Below, one piece after another: positions 49,851 through 61,308 of a stretch of 64,000 nt of DNA. The notes below the pieces were generated by a model that was not told where the DNA came from, did no database searches, and worked only from the letters and a program-made list of their open reading frames with translations. Source of the DNA: Felis catus. Lineage: Eukaryota. The DNA is taken from positions 179,430,001 to 179,494,000 of the forward strand of contig NC_058368.1 of assembly GCF_018350175.1 (NCBI RefSeq). The letters are read 5' to 3'. Numbering within the stretch: position 1 is the first letter of the stretch; each line of letters opens with the position of its first letter. The position numbers were made by a program, and so were the translations under genes.

Positions 49851-50769
49851 CTTTGTTCTTTTTTTCTACATGACTTTTATATTAGTCTACCATATTACTG
49901 ATTGGATTTTCTGCAATATCAATCCTGCTGTTCACTGCTTCCAGTATAAATCGTAATTATACAGACATACTCTTTTTCCTCATAGTCCTTTTTAAAAAAT
50001 CTTATTCATATCCCCTGCTTTGTTATTCCCTTTTCCCTTTGTAGCTATTTTCACATGAGCATAAAATTGGGCAGGATCCTGGGGAGTCATCTAATCCAGG
50101 GAAGCAAATTCTTGGAAAATATGCTGACATATACTTCTGTACTTCATATACTGCAGGCTTATGGCTTGCAGTTCTCCAAGGCAAATACAACTAATCAATT
50201 GGATATGGCATACAAAAGCAAATCTGTTTGCCATTCATGGTCTTTTCCAATCTTTCATTTCACAAATGAAGAAACTAAGGACAAATATAAGAGAGTCTGT
50301 AACAAAGTATACAGATAAGATTGGGAAACAGATCCATATCTGAAAATGATGAAATGGAAAACCAATGCCATTTACATTCTTATAATTCCAAGTCTTTGCT
50401 TGGCCTCAGGGATGTTTTGCATCTAGGCTGGATGTATGGTACTTCTGGATGACAAAGAACTCTCAGGAAGGATCTGCTGATAAAGCTATTTTTCAAAAGT
50501 GTTCTGTGCCTGAAGAATTTCCTGCCTAAATAAGGCAAAAGAACGAAGGACTGTGGATCCCACCTCTAGTTATATGTATGTTATTTGAGACTTTTCTCCC
50601 CACCTTTCTCTTCAGCCAGTTAAAGAGCTTTAAAAGCAAGTGGGATTCAACCTGGCTGTATGTAACTAACAATGTAAAATAGCACTGGTAAGAATGGATA
50701 ATGAAGGGTAATTTTCAATCTTGAACACAAAGGATGTGGTCATATAATACAGACCCCACTTCAGAAGAG

Positions 50770-51030
50770 AGGCAGTATTATTTAGTGGTTAGGGCCATAC
50801 ACACTGGGTCCAGCTTCTGAGATTTGAAGCCAATCTCCAGCACCTATTAGCTGGTGACTTTGAGCAAGTTACTTAACTTTTTTTTGCTTCAGCTTCTTCA
50901 TCTGTAAAATGGGGATTATAATATCAGTACGTACTTTACGGCAATGTTGTGAAGATTAAATAAATCAACATATACAAAGCACTTGGAAGGGTTCCTGACA
51001 TATAGTAAGTGATATATTCGTGTTTGCAAT
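50770..51030 (+). mobile_element. MIR, near full length
   Basis: 'ttagtggttaggg...ttgagcaagttacttaac...catctgtaaaatggggattata...cctgacatatagtaagtg'. Confidence 0.88.
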
Positions 51031-51215
51031 GGTTATTTTCACCACATCTAGACATAATGTATGTATCTTATGAAGTATATATTGCTTTTCCCATAAAGGA
51101 AATAAAAGTGAGGAAGTTACATAATAAATAAGTACCAATTTTGAATAGAGAAAAGAAAACTAATATTTCTAATTTGGAGAAGTCATGGATGCTTCTTAGA
51201 AGAATAGGCAGATGA

Positions 51216-51409
51216 GGGGCACGTGGGTGGTTCAGTCAGTTAAATGTCCATCACAGTTTGAGGTTTGAGCAGGTTTGAGTCCTGAGTCGGGCTTTGTGCT
51301 GACAGCTCAGAGCCTGGAGCCTGCTTCAGATTCTGTGTCTCCCTCTCTCTCTGCACTTCCCCCGCTCATGCTCTGTCTCAAAAATAAATAAACATTAAAA
51401 AAAAAAAAA
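51216..51409 (+). mobile_element. SINEC_Fc with internal deletion and duplicated B-box segment
   Basis: TSD agaatag(g/c)cagatga at 51201-51215 and 51410-51424. Confidence 0.92.
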
Positions 51410-51852
51410 AGAATAGCCAGATGACTACATATGGGAGGAAGGAGACTATTAAAACAGGAATAGATGGAGAAAAGAAGAAAACATGTCATATCCTGGTGTC
51501 AGGTCTCCTGGGGGAGGGTACCAGATGCATAAGACCTAGAGCAGCAATGTCATTTCATTCCTTACCTATTTATTTGGCAATAGTTAAATATATACCATGA
51601 TGCAATTATGATGAGGAACAAAAGACAATAAAGAAACTAAACCCCAGCCTCAAATATAAGTAATGTGTTCTTCCAGGAGAGAAGATGTAGAGGGTAGAGA
51701 TTGGTCATTTTCATGCCCTTTTATTATATTACTTTCTAATAAATTTTTCAGCACTGAGTAGGTGAAATTTTCCAGAGAGATAATACTTTGAGGTCCTTTC
51801 CTATTACTGAAAATATCATCAGAGTTTGTCCTCTTGATGATGGCTTCAGAAT

Positions 51853-52410
51853 AGGGGTTGCAAACTCAAATCCTACAGGGGCCGTAAGGGACAATAAACC
51901 AATGAAGCATTCTGAGTATAAGTGTAGGAGCACGAGAATGTAAAACTTGGGGTGTAGACCATGGAAACTTTGGGAGCACACAGACTATATAAAGGGCATC
52001 CATTTTGGAGTAGGTTATTGCCAGGTCTTTTAAATTTTTGAGAGAATTCAGAAATACAGAATTTAACATGAAAGCTCTTTTTTTATTTAAATTTTTTTTA
52101 ATGTTCATTTATTTTTGAGGAAGAGAGAGAAACAGAGTGTGAGTGGGGGAGGGACAGAGAGAGAGGGAGACACAGAATCCAAAGCAGGCTTCAGGCTCTG
52201 AGCTGTCAGCGCAGAGCCCGACGTGGGGCTTGAACTCATGGACCTTGAAATCATGACCTGAACCAAAGTCAGACACTTAACTGACTGAGCCACCCAGGTG
52301 CCCCAAAAGCTCTTTATTTTTAGATACTGCATCAAATACTGTAAACAAAATAGGTGTGCCAAACAAAGTGTGTTTGGATATCATTTTTTAGCCTTTGGCA
52401 ACCAGCTGGA
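51853..52410 (+). mobile_element. MER102-like hAT-Charlie element split by a SINE
   Basis: 'aggggttgcaaactcaaatcctacaggggcc...ttgccaggtcttttaaatttttgagagaa...gccaaacaaag'. Confidence 0.65.
52081..52304 (-). mobile_element. SINEC_Fc
   Basis: TSD aaagctcttt at 52071-52080 and 52306-52315. Confidence 0.95.
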
Positions 52411-53359
52411 ATTTAAACAAGCAATGACATATAGTGGGTGCTGTTGTCTTTCCAGCTGTCTGAGAAAACCCAGAGTTCCTGCTCCAAAGCCCACCCCACC
52501 CCCAGATACCCTCTACTCTATCCTCTCACACCCACTGGCTCTCCAGACAATAAGCTGGACAACTGAAACCAAGAGTCTTACTGCCAAGGTATTGCTGCTG
52601 AGATTTTCAAGTTTCAAGTCCCTGGTTTAGAGTGAGTCATCTCAGATTCAATTAATGGAGAATTCCTCTGGGTTTGTCACCATTGGCAGAGGGGGAAATG
52701 ACTCAGACAGAGGAGTATGCAGTGCCTAATGGGTCCAGCATGTGAGGGCTTTTGAGATTGCTGGGTATGGTGCTCATGGTGCCCAAAGGGAGCACAGAGG
52801 AGGGCTAGAGGTTACAACATGCTCTCAGCTAAATTCACTGCTGGCTCTTTTGGACTAAAAAGAATTTGAGATATTTGCATCTGACCTCAAACATAAAGTA
52901 GGTCCAGCATCTCAAGGAGATGTATTATTACAAGCTCTCTGTTTCCTTCCCCAGCCTTATTTCCTTCTGCCTGCCCAAACTGTGCACTTTGCATCCTGGT
53001 ATCACCAAACTACTTACAGTTCTCCCAACCCCCTTTCTTGCTTTTATACCTTTGTAAACTCCATTTTGCCTTCCTGGAATACCTTTGGCCTTATATTTAT
53101 ATTTTGCCTTTATTCCACAGTGCCTTGTGCATGGACAAAAGTTTATAAAACTGTATTGAATTGAATACAGTCACTACACAGCCCTGAAGTGACCACAGTG
53201 TGACCTGTCTCAATCCTGTGGGTCAGACCTAAAGCATCATTGACTCAGGCTCTGCCATCTAAGCCCTTCTGAGTTATCTGCGGGCATAATTGGGGTGATT
53301 AGAGCACAGAAAGTAGGAATGCACAGATAACTGAGAAGCCAGTAGTTTCACCTTACTGC

Positions 53360-53930
53360 TATCATTCACTCACATTTAGGAAACATTCATTGAAAAAATA
53401 CTTTGTCAGGCATTGTTCTAAGCACTGGGGATACAGCAGTCAGCAAGAGGAATCTGCTTTTCTAAAGTTTCTATTATGTGTGGCAGGGGAGAAGTAAATC
53501 AGTAAATATAAACACTAGAATACCAGGTAACATTAAATTCAATGAAGAAAATCACACAGAATAATCTGATACAGCTAGAATAGTTGGGGTAGGATTTTCA
53601 GATAGAGTAGCAGTGTTGGTCTTTCTAGGAAAGCATTTTTGTGTGTGTGTGATGAGACATACATGATTAGGACTCATGGTAAGACATAAGGGAAGAAAGT
53701 GCATTCCCATAGAGGAAAGAATGACTGGAAATGTTCAGAGCTTGGAATGAACTTGGTGTGTTCCAAAAAGAAAAGGGCAAGAATGGCTGGAACAGCGTTA
53801 GAGAGGGCAAGAAATAAATTCTGAAAAGTAGTCAGGTGCCAGAGAATGAAGGGCCCTGTGAGACCACAATAAGGAATCTGAACTATTGTGAGTGTGATAG
53901 CAAACCAGTAGAGGGTTTTATGCAGCTTCC
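53360..53930 (-). mobile_element. L2 3' region
   Basis: 'cattcattgaaaaaatactttgtcaggcattgttctaagcactggggatacagcagt'. Confidence 0.78.
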
Positions 53931-54229
53931 TGTATGTTATGACTTTCCTTCAGTTGGTATGGATTGCTGCATGACAAGAGGAGAAACAGTAAAATAACTG
54001 AGACTGAGATTGAGGACTGGATGCCCCTTTACTTATGGACCCAATTTCAGACCAAAAGGCCTTTATTAGTCGTATTGAGAAAAATGCCTTGACAGTGATA
54101 TTAGGAACTTGTAGACTCCATGAGGTGCAGTATTATTGAAATGATTGGACATGGACTGTGTCCTTTCTTATGCATACAAATATCTTTGTGGGCCTATATT
54201 CCTCCTTTGCATATATCATCTAGTAGTAT

Positions 54230-55406
54230 ACTGTTTCTTAAACCTTAACATATGTATGAAACACCCACAGATCATGTTAAATTGCAGGTTTTGATTTGAT
54301 AGACTTGGGGTGCTGCATTCCCCCCTTTTTTAGCTGCCTGGTGAATAAGTTTATTATTGTCTTTATCTGAAAAATCTTCATAGAAAATTGTGGTTTGGTT
54401 TATTAGCTCTCAGCAGCCTGCTCCTAAGCTCTAAGGAATCTTGCCTTCTGAACTACCTAATCTTTCTTCTGGACAAGAGACATTTGGGGGGACGGTTTCA
54501 CCTCTTCTTAACTTATTTCTTAGGCTTATTCTTATAAACTGGATTCTCTCATATAGCAGTGTGAGCTTTCTTAAACACCCCCATCATGTCTGGAGTTATG
54601 TTGTTCCTTATGTAATTAGAGAATTGTTTCTTGTAAGAATCTTCATCTTTTCCCACTAGGTAATGCATATAATCTGCAACTTTCTGACCCAGGATGTTCT
54701 TCCAGTATACTTCTACATTGAATTCCTTGCTTTCTGAACTATACCAGGGAATTGTTTGAACTGTGAAGGATAGACAAGCCTCCATCCACAGCTCCCTTGA
54801 CGGCCCCATACACTTTATTTCTAGTAGTAGTTCTGGCAAGCCCTGTATCCAAATAGCAGCTGAAGGTACCAGGTTGACCATCAGTGCTTTCCACATTGTA
54901 TTCATCTCTAGTCACCTCCATTTGGCCTTCATAGGTCTTGTCCATACCAAATGAGTTAAGAAGACTGCAGGCCAGCGGCAGGCTGGTACAATATGCTGCA
55001 ACATAATTTGTCAGGCCAACCTTCACACTTTGGGAGCTCAAGAGCAAAGCTACACAAACTATCATATCTCCTTCTCTACAGGCATAAGCAATCTGACAAA
55101 TGATATGCATGAACTATCATCCTCTATTTAGATGTGTTGTACTTATTTTTATCCTGAATTACCAAGTGTTTCCAAGCATAGTAATCATTTTACCCTCTCA
55201 TCTGTTTCTAAATTTCATTTGGTATCTCTTGAAATAAGCCTTATTCTTGACACTTTTAACAAACCCCATCCTGTGGAACAAAGGCCAGTCAGTGTCTATG
55301 GCTCACCACAGACCAACTGGGGTGCTACATTTCTAATAATCTCCCAGGTGGTGCTGAGGTATCATGTAGTCAGATTATGCAGTCTGAGGACTACATTTTG
55401 AGAAGC
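54230..55406. mobile_element. MER5A1-like MITE split by the RPL5 retrocopy
   Basis: Left half 'gatcatgttaaattgcaggttttgatttgatagacttggggtg' and right half 'catttctaataatctcccaggtggtgctga...ctacattttgagaagc' rejoin into MER5A1-like sequence. Confidence 0.7.
54320..55317 (-). pseudogene. RPL5: Processed RPL5 (uL18) pseudogene; disrupted CDS about 55269 to 54403
   Basis: Intronless; ORF fragments '[15 protein letters not shown]', '[13 protein letters not shown]', '[11 protein letters not shown]', '[19 protein letters not shown]'; frameshifts; AATAAA at 54350-54355, short poly(A), TSD tggggtgct(g/a)catt at 54306-54319 and 55318-55331. Confidence 0.96.
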
Positions 55407-57643
55407 CCCTTTGACCAGGATGCAATCAGAGTCCTTCACCTGTTTTCAGTTTACCTGTTCAGATTCAATCTCCTTGGTTCCAGGGTTGGAGTGACCTTGT
55501 ATAAAAGGAGATAGAAGATGAAAAGTGATGTTGAAATCATACCTAGGCCCATGGGATCCTGAATTAAGTAGCGAGGCCAGATGGACTATGTCAATTCAAA
55601 GTCCTATCCATTTTAAGTGGTCATTCCAGATGCCCTCCTAAGGCACCAGGGCCATTTGTTACAGAATCTCCTAGAAGACAGAAGGCAATTTGAAACAAAC
55701 CTGAGCCCTGAGCCCTGAGCACCCAGGACTGGCCAGCGGGCCAGCTGACCATAATCTAATGGCACCCCATTTCTGTTTCCTAGAAACACCAGGCTCCCCT
55801 AGCCTGTTCCTTCAAGGAAAGCTCTTTGTATTGCTTCAAAGTCTTGCACAGGATATTAGCCACTTCCTTCTCTATAATTCATCCTTCCACTTTGCCATCT
55901 GGAATATTTCTCTTTTACAAGTGCCTAAGTTGTTACAGTTTGAGGCAGTTGAATCTTAAATTTGGTAATTTATTGTTTTTAATGCTTTCTTCCCCAAATT
56001 CAGATTTTGTGGTTTGAAACAGACTCCAGCCAGGATTTCTGCTTCCTAGCTAGACATCTGGTGGTCTGCCCTTTCCAGGTCTTCTCTGGGTTTATTTTTC
56101 AGCTTCCCACTAGTGACTATCAAGGGTTTCTTCAGTTCACTCCTCCCATTGCATCCGTTAGTTTCTTTCATCTCATCACTGCCCTGAATGCCTAGGACAG
56201 ACCCCTTATGGTGGGAGCTAAGATAGAGTTACTGGGGACCAGTAGGCTGTAATTTCAATTGCAACACAAAGCTCTTGCTGTGCCTGAAATATCTTCCTAC
56301 TGATACTTGAAATCCTACCTTTAAAAACCATTGGGGTTATGGGTCATATAAATAATAGGTAGAAATAAGTACAAGGTAAACAGCGAGATTTGAGAGGAAA
56401 GGGACCTCACAATTGTTGAATATTTACTGTGTGTCAAACTCTGAACTGGGATAGAATAGGTAAAATCACCCTTACTCTGCAGATGAAGGAACCAAGTCTA
56501 CAAATAATTGTCCCAAGGAATTCTGATTACAGAGTGGTGGGGTCAAGACTTGAACAAGATCTAACTCAAAGCCCATGTGTTTGTCATCAGGTTAGTATTG
56601 AAGAATTACATGAGGGACAGAACACAAGGCAGAGGATGTAAACCAGATTCTGGGAGGTATTTAAGGGTGGGATAATTGAGTACAATCAAGCCAGGAGGCA
56701 GAATGGGCACAGAATTTCCAGAACAAGGTACCAGCTACTAGATATAAACTTCATATTGAACTAACCTTGGCATTACTTCAAGATTTTTTGAGCTTCCTAT
56801 TTATGGCAAGAGCTGTACTTCCAGTTTGGTTAGCTTGAAGCTTGTAAGTAAAAGTGAATGGCAGTAATCTGCTTTATGGAAATTCTGAGTAGGAGTAGGA
56901 CAAGATTAGTTGATCTCTGGAACTTTTTCCATGATTCTCTTTGAAGAGGTGCTTTTAGGTAACAATACCCTGGTGGCTCTCATCCCGTGGAAGTTTTAGC
57001 CCAATTCTTGGGCCCCATCCAAGACCAACTGTTGGGTTTCTAGCTGTAGGACCCTGACATCTTTGCTCTCTGAAGATATCCAGGACTGATGAGAAGCCAG
57101 AGCTAAAACCACAGCCTCAGGATAAATGAGCTTACTATTTTTCCTTGCTCTGAAAAGGACAAATCTAAAACACAGGACAATTCTAGGAGGCAGAGGAAAA
57201 TAGGGAAAGTTTTTTGGTGCTGAAAGCTAGAAAACTGAATTTTTGTCATTCAGAAGGAGAAAAATACAAATTTTGACCATTTTACAATTTTGCCAAAAGA
57301 CCAACCACCCAGAAATTCCCTTCATCTCATGTTTTGATGAGTCCAACTTCCAATGTTTAACCTTCGTGGAGTCAAGAGTCAGGAGTAGGTTCTATTCCGA
57401 CACCCACCGGAAAAGCTCAATTTTAAAACTCCTTATACTACATACAGGGTCCCCTATTTGTCTAAAGTACTTGCAACTAGGAAAAGCCTGCTTCATTGAT
57501 TTTAGATCCAGAAAATCTAAGAGACACAGTAGTTATTTGTCCTGACCAAGGTTGCTTACTAAGTCATCAGGGAGCCAGAGCTAGATCTGTGCCCTCCTAG
57601 AGCTGTCTTCTTTAAGTGCGGCCGCATTTAAGACGTTACTGGA

Positions 57644-57840
57644 GGGGTTCCTGGGTGGCTCAGTCAGTTAAGTGTCCAACTCTTGATTTCAGATCCGGTC
57701 ATGATCTCATGGTCATGAGATCTAGCCTTGCGTTTGACTCGGTGCTGGGCATGGAGCCTGCTTGAAGTTCTTTCTCTCCCTCTGCGCTCTCTCTCTCTCT
57801 CTCTCTCTCTCGCTCGCTCTCTCTCTCAAAAACAATACAA
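57644..57840 (+). mobile_element. Can-SINE
   Basis: 'ggggttcctgggtggctcagtcagttaagtgtccaactcttgatttcag', (CT)n and A-rich tail. Confidence 0.92.
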
Positions 57841-58274
57841 AAGTGCTCCTGGAATGTGATGAGGAATACAATCATCCCTACAAGATTAATAGGGGATGCT
57901 GAGAGAAATAGTTTGTGTGCCCAGCTTAATACAGCCTCGTAACAGTGCCCTAAGGATCCATGGGGCACCATGGTTACAGTTACAAGTTTTTAGCAAGTCT
58001 CTGTCTTTTTGGAATTGCTACAAGACCCCAAGATGAACTATGTCCCACGAAATCAGAAATGAGCTGTAGAAGATTATGGAAACTTCAGAGCAAGATGATC
58101 CCAGCTAGCATTTATTCTTTCTTGATTTGTCCTCCGTCTATTTCTTGGGATTTATTACAATCCAGAAGAAAATAAATGAACTAGATTCACGATATGTAAA
58201 TGACCTTTTTGCCTAAGAAAAGGTATGGCCAAGAGAGAAAACATAAAAATCCCAAAGAGTTGAAGTAGACTTTT

Positions 58275-58493
58275 TTTTTTGTTTTGTTTTGTTTTAAACT
58301 TTATTCATTGTTGAGAGACAGAGAGAGAGCATGAGCGGGGAAAGGGCAGAGGGAGGAAGACACAGAATCTGAAGCAGGCTCCAGGCTCTGAGCTGTCAGC
58401 ACAGAGCCCAACGTGGGGCTTGAACTCACAAACTGTGAGATCATGACCTGAGCCGAAGTGGATGCTCAACTGACTGAGCCACCCAGGTGCCCC
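58275..58493 (-). mobile_element. SINEC_Fc
   Basis: TSD gaag(t/g)agactttt at 58262-58274 and 58494-58506. Confidence 0.94.
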
Positions 58494-58929
58494 GAAGGAG
58501 ACTTTTATAGATCATCTAGGTCAGTGTATCCGTCAGGATTGGGAAAGAAATGAAAATGTCTTCCCCATCTCACATAAGTTCATCTTATTGGTAGAGTGTA
58601 ATCCAAATGCAAAACTCACGCTTCAGGAGGTCTGAGAAGTACAGTTTTTGTCCCTAACCACTCTAAATAGAAGGATGGTAAAAAGAAGGTTTAGAGAATC
58701 AATCCAACTATTGGGCAAAAACAGCAGTTCAACCAATAAACCATAGAATAGTGAGATGTAGCTGCATGTTATTTTTTAAAAAAGAGATTATGTTCTCAAA
58801 TGAATTTGAGCCATGCTTGGCAAAACAAAGTTGAATATGGTTCTTTACTGAAATATGTCTCAGGATCTTCAATATCCACTTACACAGCCCCATTCTTCAT
58901 ATTTTGGAAAACATGAATTAGGTAAACAC

Positions 58930-59040
58930 TTATCTAAGCCCATTTTGCAGATGAGAAAACTGGAGTCCAGAGAGATTAAATAAGTGCCTGAAATTGAATA
59001 GCCAGTTGTTGGCAAAGCTTGGACCAGAATCTATGCCTCT
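58930..59040 (-). mobile_element. MIR core
   Basis: 'cccattttgcagatgagaaaactggagtccagagagattaaataagtgcctg'. Confidence 0.75.
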
Positions 59041-59879
59041 TAACAAGCTAGGAGTGTTCTTTCTTCTAGGAGAGAATGAGGAGGAGGTAAGGGTGGCAGG
59101 CAGGCAAGAAAGAAGAAAGAGGAAACTGACAGGAAGGTGAGAAGAGCTAGAAATCTAGAGGAAGACTATGCATCTCTGTCTCCCCCAGTTACTGAGAGTA
59201 AAAAGTACAAACACTCTGCATGCGTCCTGACCCCAGATGCAGAATGAATTCATTAAAGAAGGTCAGAGCCCTGAACCCACATCTCATCCCTTCCCACATG
59301 TGCCTGGAATATGTTGATGCTTTGGCCTCGATTAGTAACAGGGAAAACTGGTTCTGTGGAACATGTCATCTTTATAAATAGAACCAGAGGCCAGTGGTTT
59401 CTAAACAGTCAGGAGACACTCTGTCTTCTGGTGTCAGCTATTTATTTGTATTTCCGTTTCATAAAATGCACCTTCTCTCGTTCTAGGCTTTGCCCCATTA
59501 GACGTCTGCTCTCCTGCCCCAGATGTGCTACACAGATTCCTGGCCTCTTGACTCAAACCCCCGGGAACGAGGCCAGTGGGCACTTTCTCCTCTGGTCCCT
59601 GCCAAGGTTGTCACTGTGGTGAGGATGTTTGCATTTGATAGTAATTCCTCCTTTAGATGGTGCACTTAAGAAGAAAAAGAAAAATATCTTTCTCAGCTGC
59701 TATGCCTCAGTGGCCACATCTCTTTCTTTCAACCAACGTGCACATTTGTTAATTCTTTTTAACAAAACTTTTGGTGGGTTAGTTTTTTCTGGTTTGTCAC
59801 TCACAAGAAGTAGGTAGTAATTCTGAAATGATGAGCAATCTGGTGATGTTGTAGTGCAGTCTCTTCCCCATTCATGTCT

Positions 59880-60006
59880 TTCTTCCTTCCCTCCTTCCTT
59901 CCTCCTTCCCTCCCTCACTCCCTCCATTCCTCTTTCCCTTCCTCTGTCCATTTCTTCCTTCCTTCCTTCCTTCCTTCCTTCCTTCCTTCCTTCCTTCCTT
60001 CCTTCC
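59880..60006. repeat. (TTCC)n polypyrimidine repeat
   Basis: Seen directly. Confidence 0.93.
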
Positions 60007-60219
60007 TTTTTCTTCACACTATCTTCCTCAGGTAAATGGACACAAACCTATCCTCAATCAACAAGGCTAAAAAAGGATTTAGGGTTCTCCAGTGATACAG
60101 CATTTCCTTTTCTGATAGACTTAATTTTATATGAATCATTCTGGAAATGGGCAACTCAGTCCTCTGTGAAGCAACTTATACTGTGGATAGCTATTTATCT
60201 CCCTTAGCCAACACACGTT

Positions 60220-60690
60220 TTGCCACAAGTAATAGAAGAGCCAATTAAAACTGGCTTAAATCCCACCCCACGCATAGCCGCCAGAAAAGGTAATTTAAAG
60301 ATCACCCAAAGAACAGTTAAGGAATAGACCTACTTCTTGTATTTTTGGATCCAGGAGCTAAAACAATGTTACCAATTTCTCTCTTTCTTCCTCTTGGTCC
60401 TGCTTCCAGTATGGAAATTCACCCTTAGAAGACTTCTCTTAACCAAGACACCCCCAGATGCTCCAGACTGAGGAAGAGAGATTCTATCCTCCGACTGCTC
60501 AAACATGTCCTGATATTTGTCTCACTGTACTGAGTTCAACCATGTCCAGTCTCCTGAACCGGTCACTGGCCAGGGCTGTTCATTATTTGATTGCCAAGGC
60601 TGGGGTCATGGGCCCACTTCTGGAGCCAGGGGTGAGGTGCTATTACCCAGAAGGAGGGCAATGCATGCTGATCAGGAGAAAATACTCTCA
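60220..60690 (-). mobile_element. MLT1K/L-like LTR remnant
   Basis: 'caagtaatagaagagccaattaaaactggcttaaa...cctgaaccggtcactggccaggg...gggtcatgggcccacttctggagccagggg'. Confidence 0.55.
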
Positions 60691-60712
60691 GTTACACTCA
60701 GTTTATTTATCA

Positions 60713-60757
60713 TTTGTTCGTTCGTTCATTCATTCATTCATTCATTCATTCATTCAT
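60713..60757. repeat. (TTCA/TTCG)n repeat at an L2-like tail
   Basis: Seen directly. Confidence 0.85.
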
Positions 60758-61308
60758 TTTGCAGAACTGAATTGAGGGCTTGTTTTGTGCTGGAAACTAG
60801 GGATAAAATCCTGGATAACTACTACTTATCTGTCATGATGCAGCTGAAGAATCATCAATTTTATGAGGAATTCCTTCACTGACACCCTGTCCTGATGCTC
60901 CTTCTTTTCTCAGTAAATGCCTCCACTATAGCACACACCATTCAGAACTATATTAATGTCTCATCTTTCTCTCTAGTTTACATGAGCTTCTGAAGGGTAA
61001 GCATTGTATCTTATTTATCTTGGACTCCCCAGGTACCAACAGTAGGCACAAAGCACTCAAAAAACCTTTGTTGAGTAAATATATGAGTGTTGAGTTATTT
61101 ATTTAATTATGAATTAATATATATGGCCCCAGTCCTTGGAGATTTTGAAAACTCTCAGGGGGAAAGAAATCCATACATAACTAACTAGAATACAGTGTGA
61201 TCAGTGAGACAATAGCTATATGAACAAAGGGCTGGGAAGCACAATGGAAGATGACATATAACAGAATTATTGAAAAGTTTTAAGGTATCCTTTCATATTA
61301 CAAATTTA

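Noticed and set aside
57618..57625. NotI site GCGGCCGC as a CpG island or cloning scar
   Set aside because: It is isolated, with no surrounding CpG enrichment or vector sequence.
59700..60207. 'KEGR' and 'FLPS' repeat ORFs
   Set aside because: They are translations of the (TTCC)n microsatellite.
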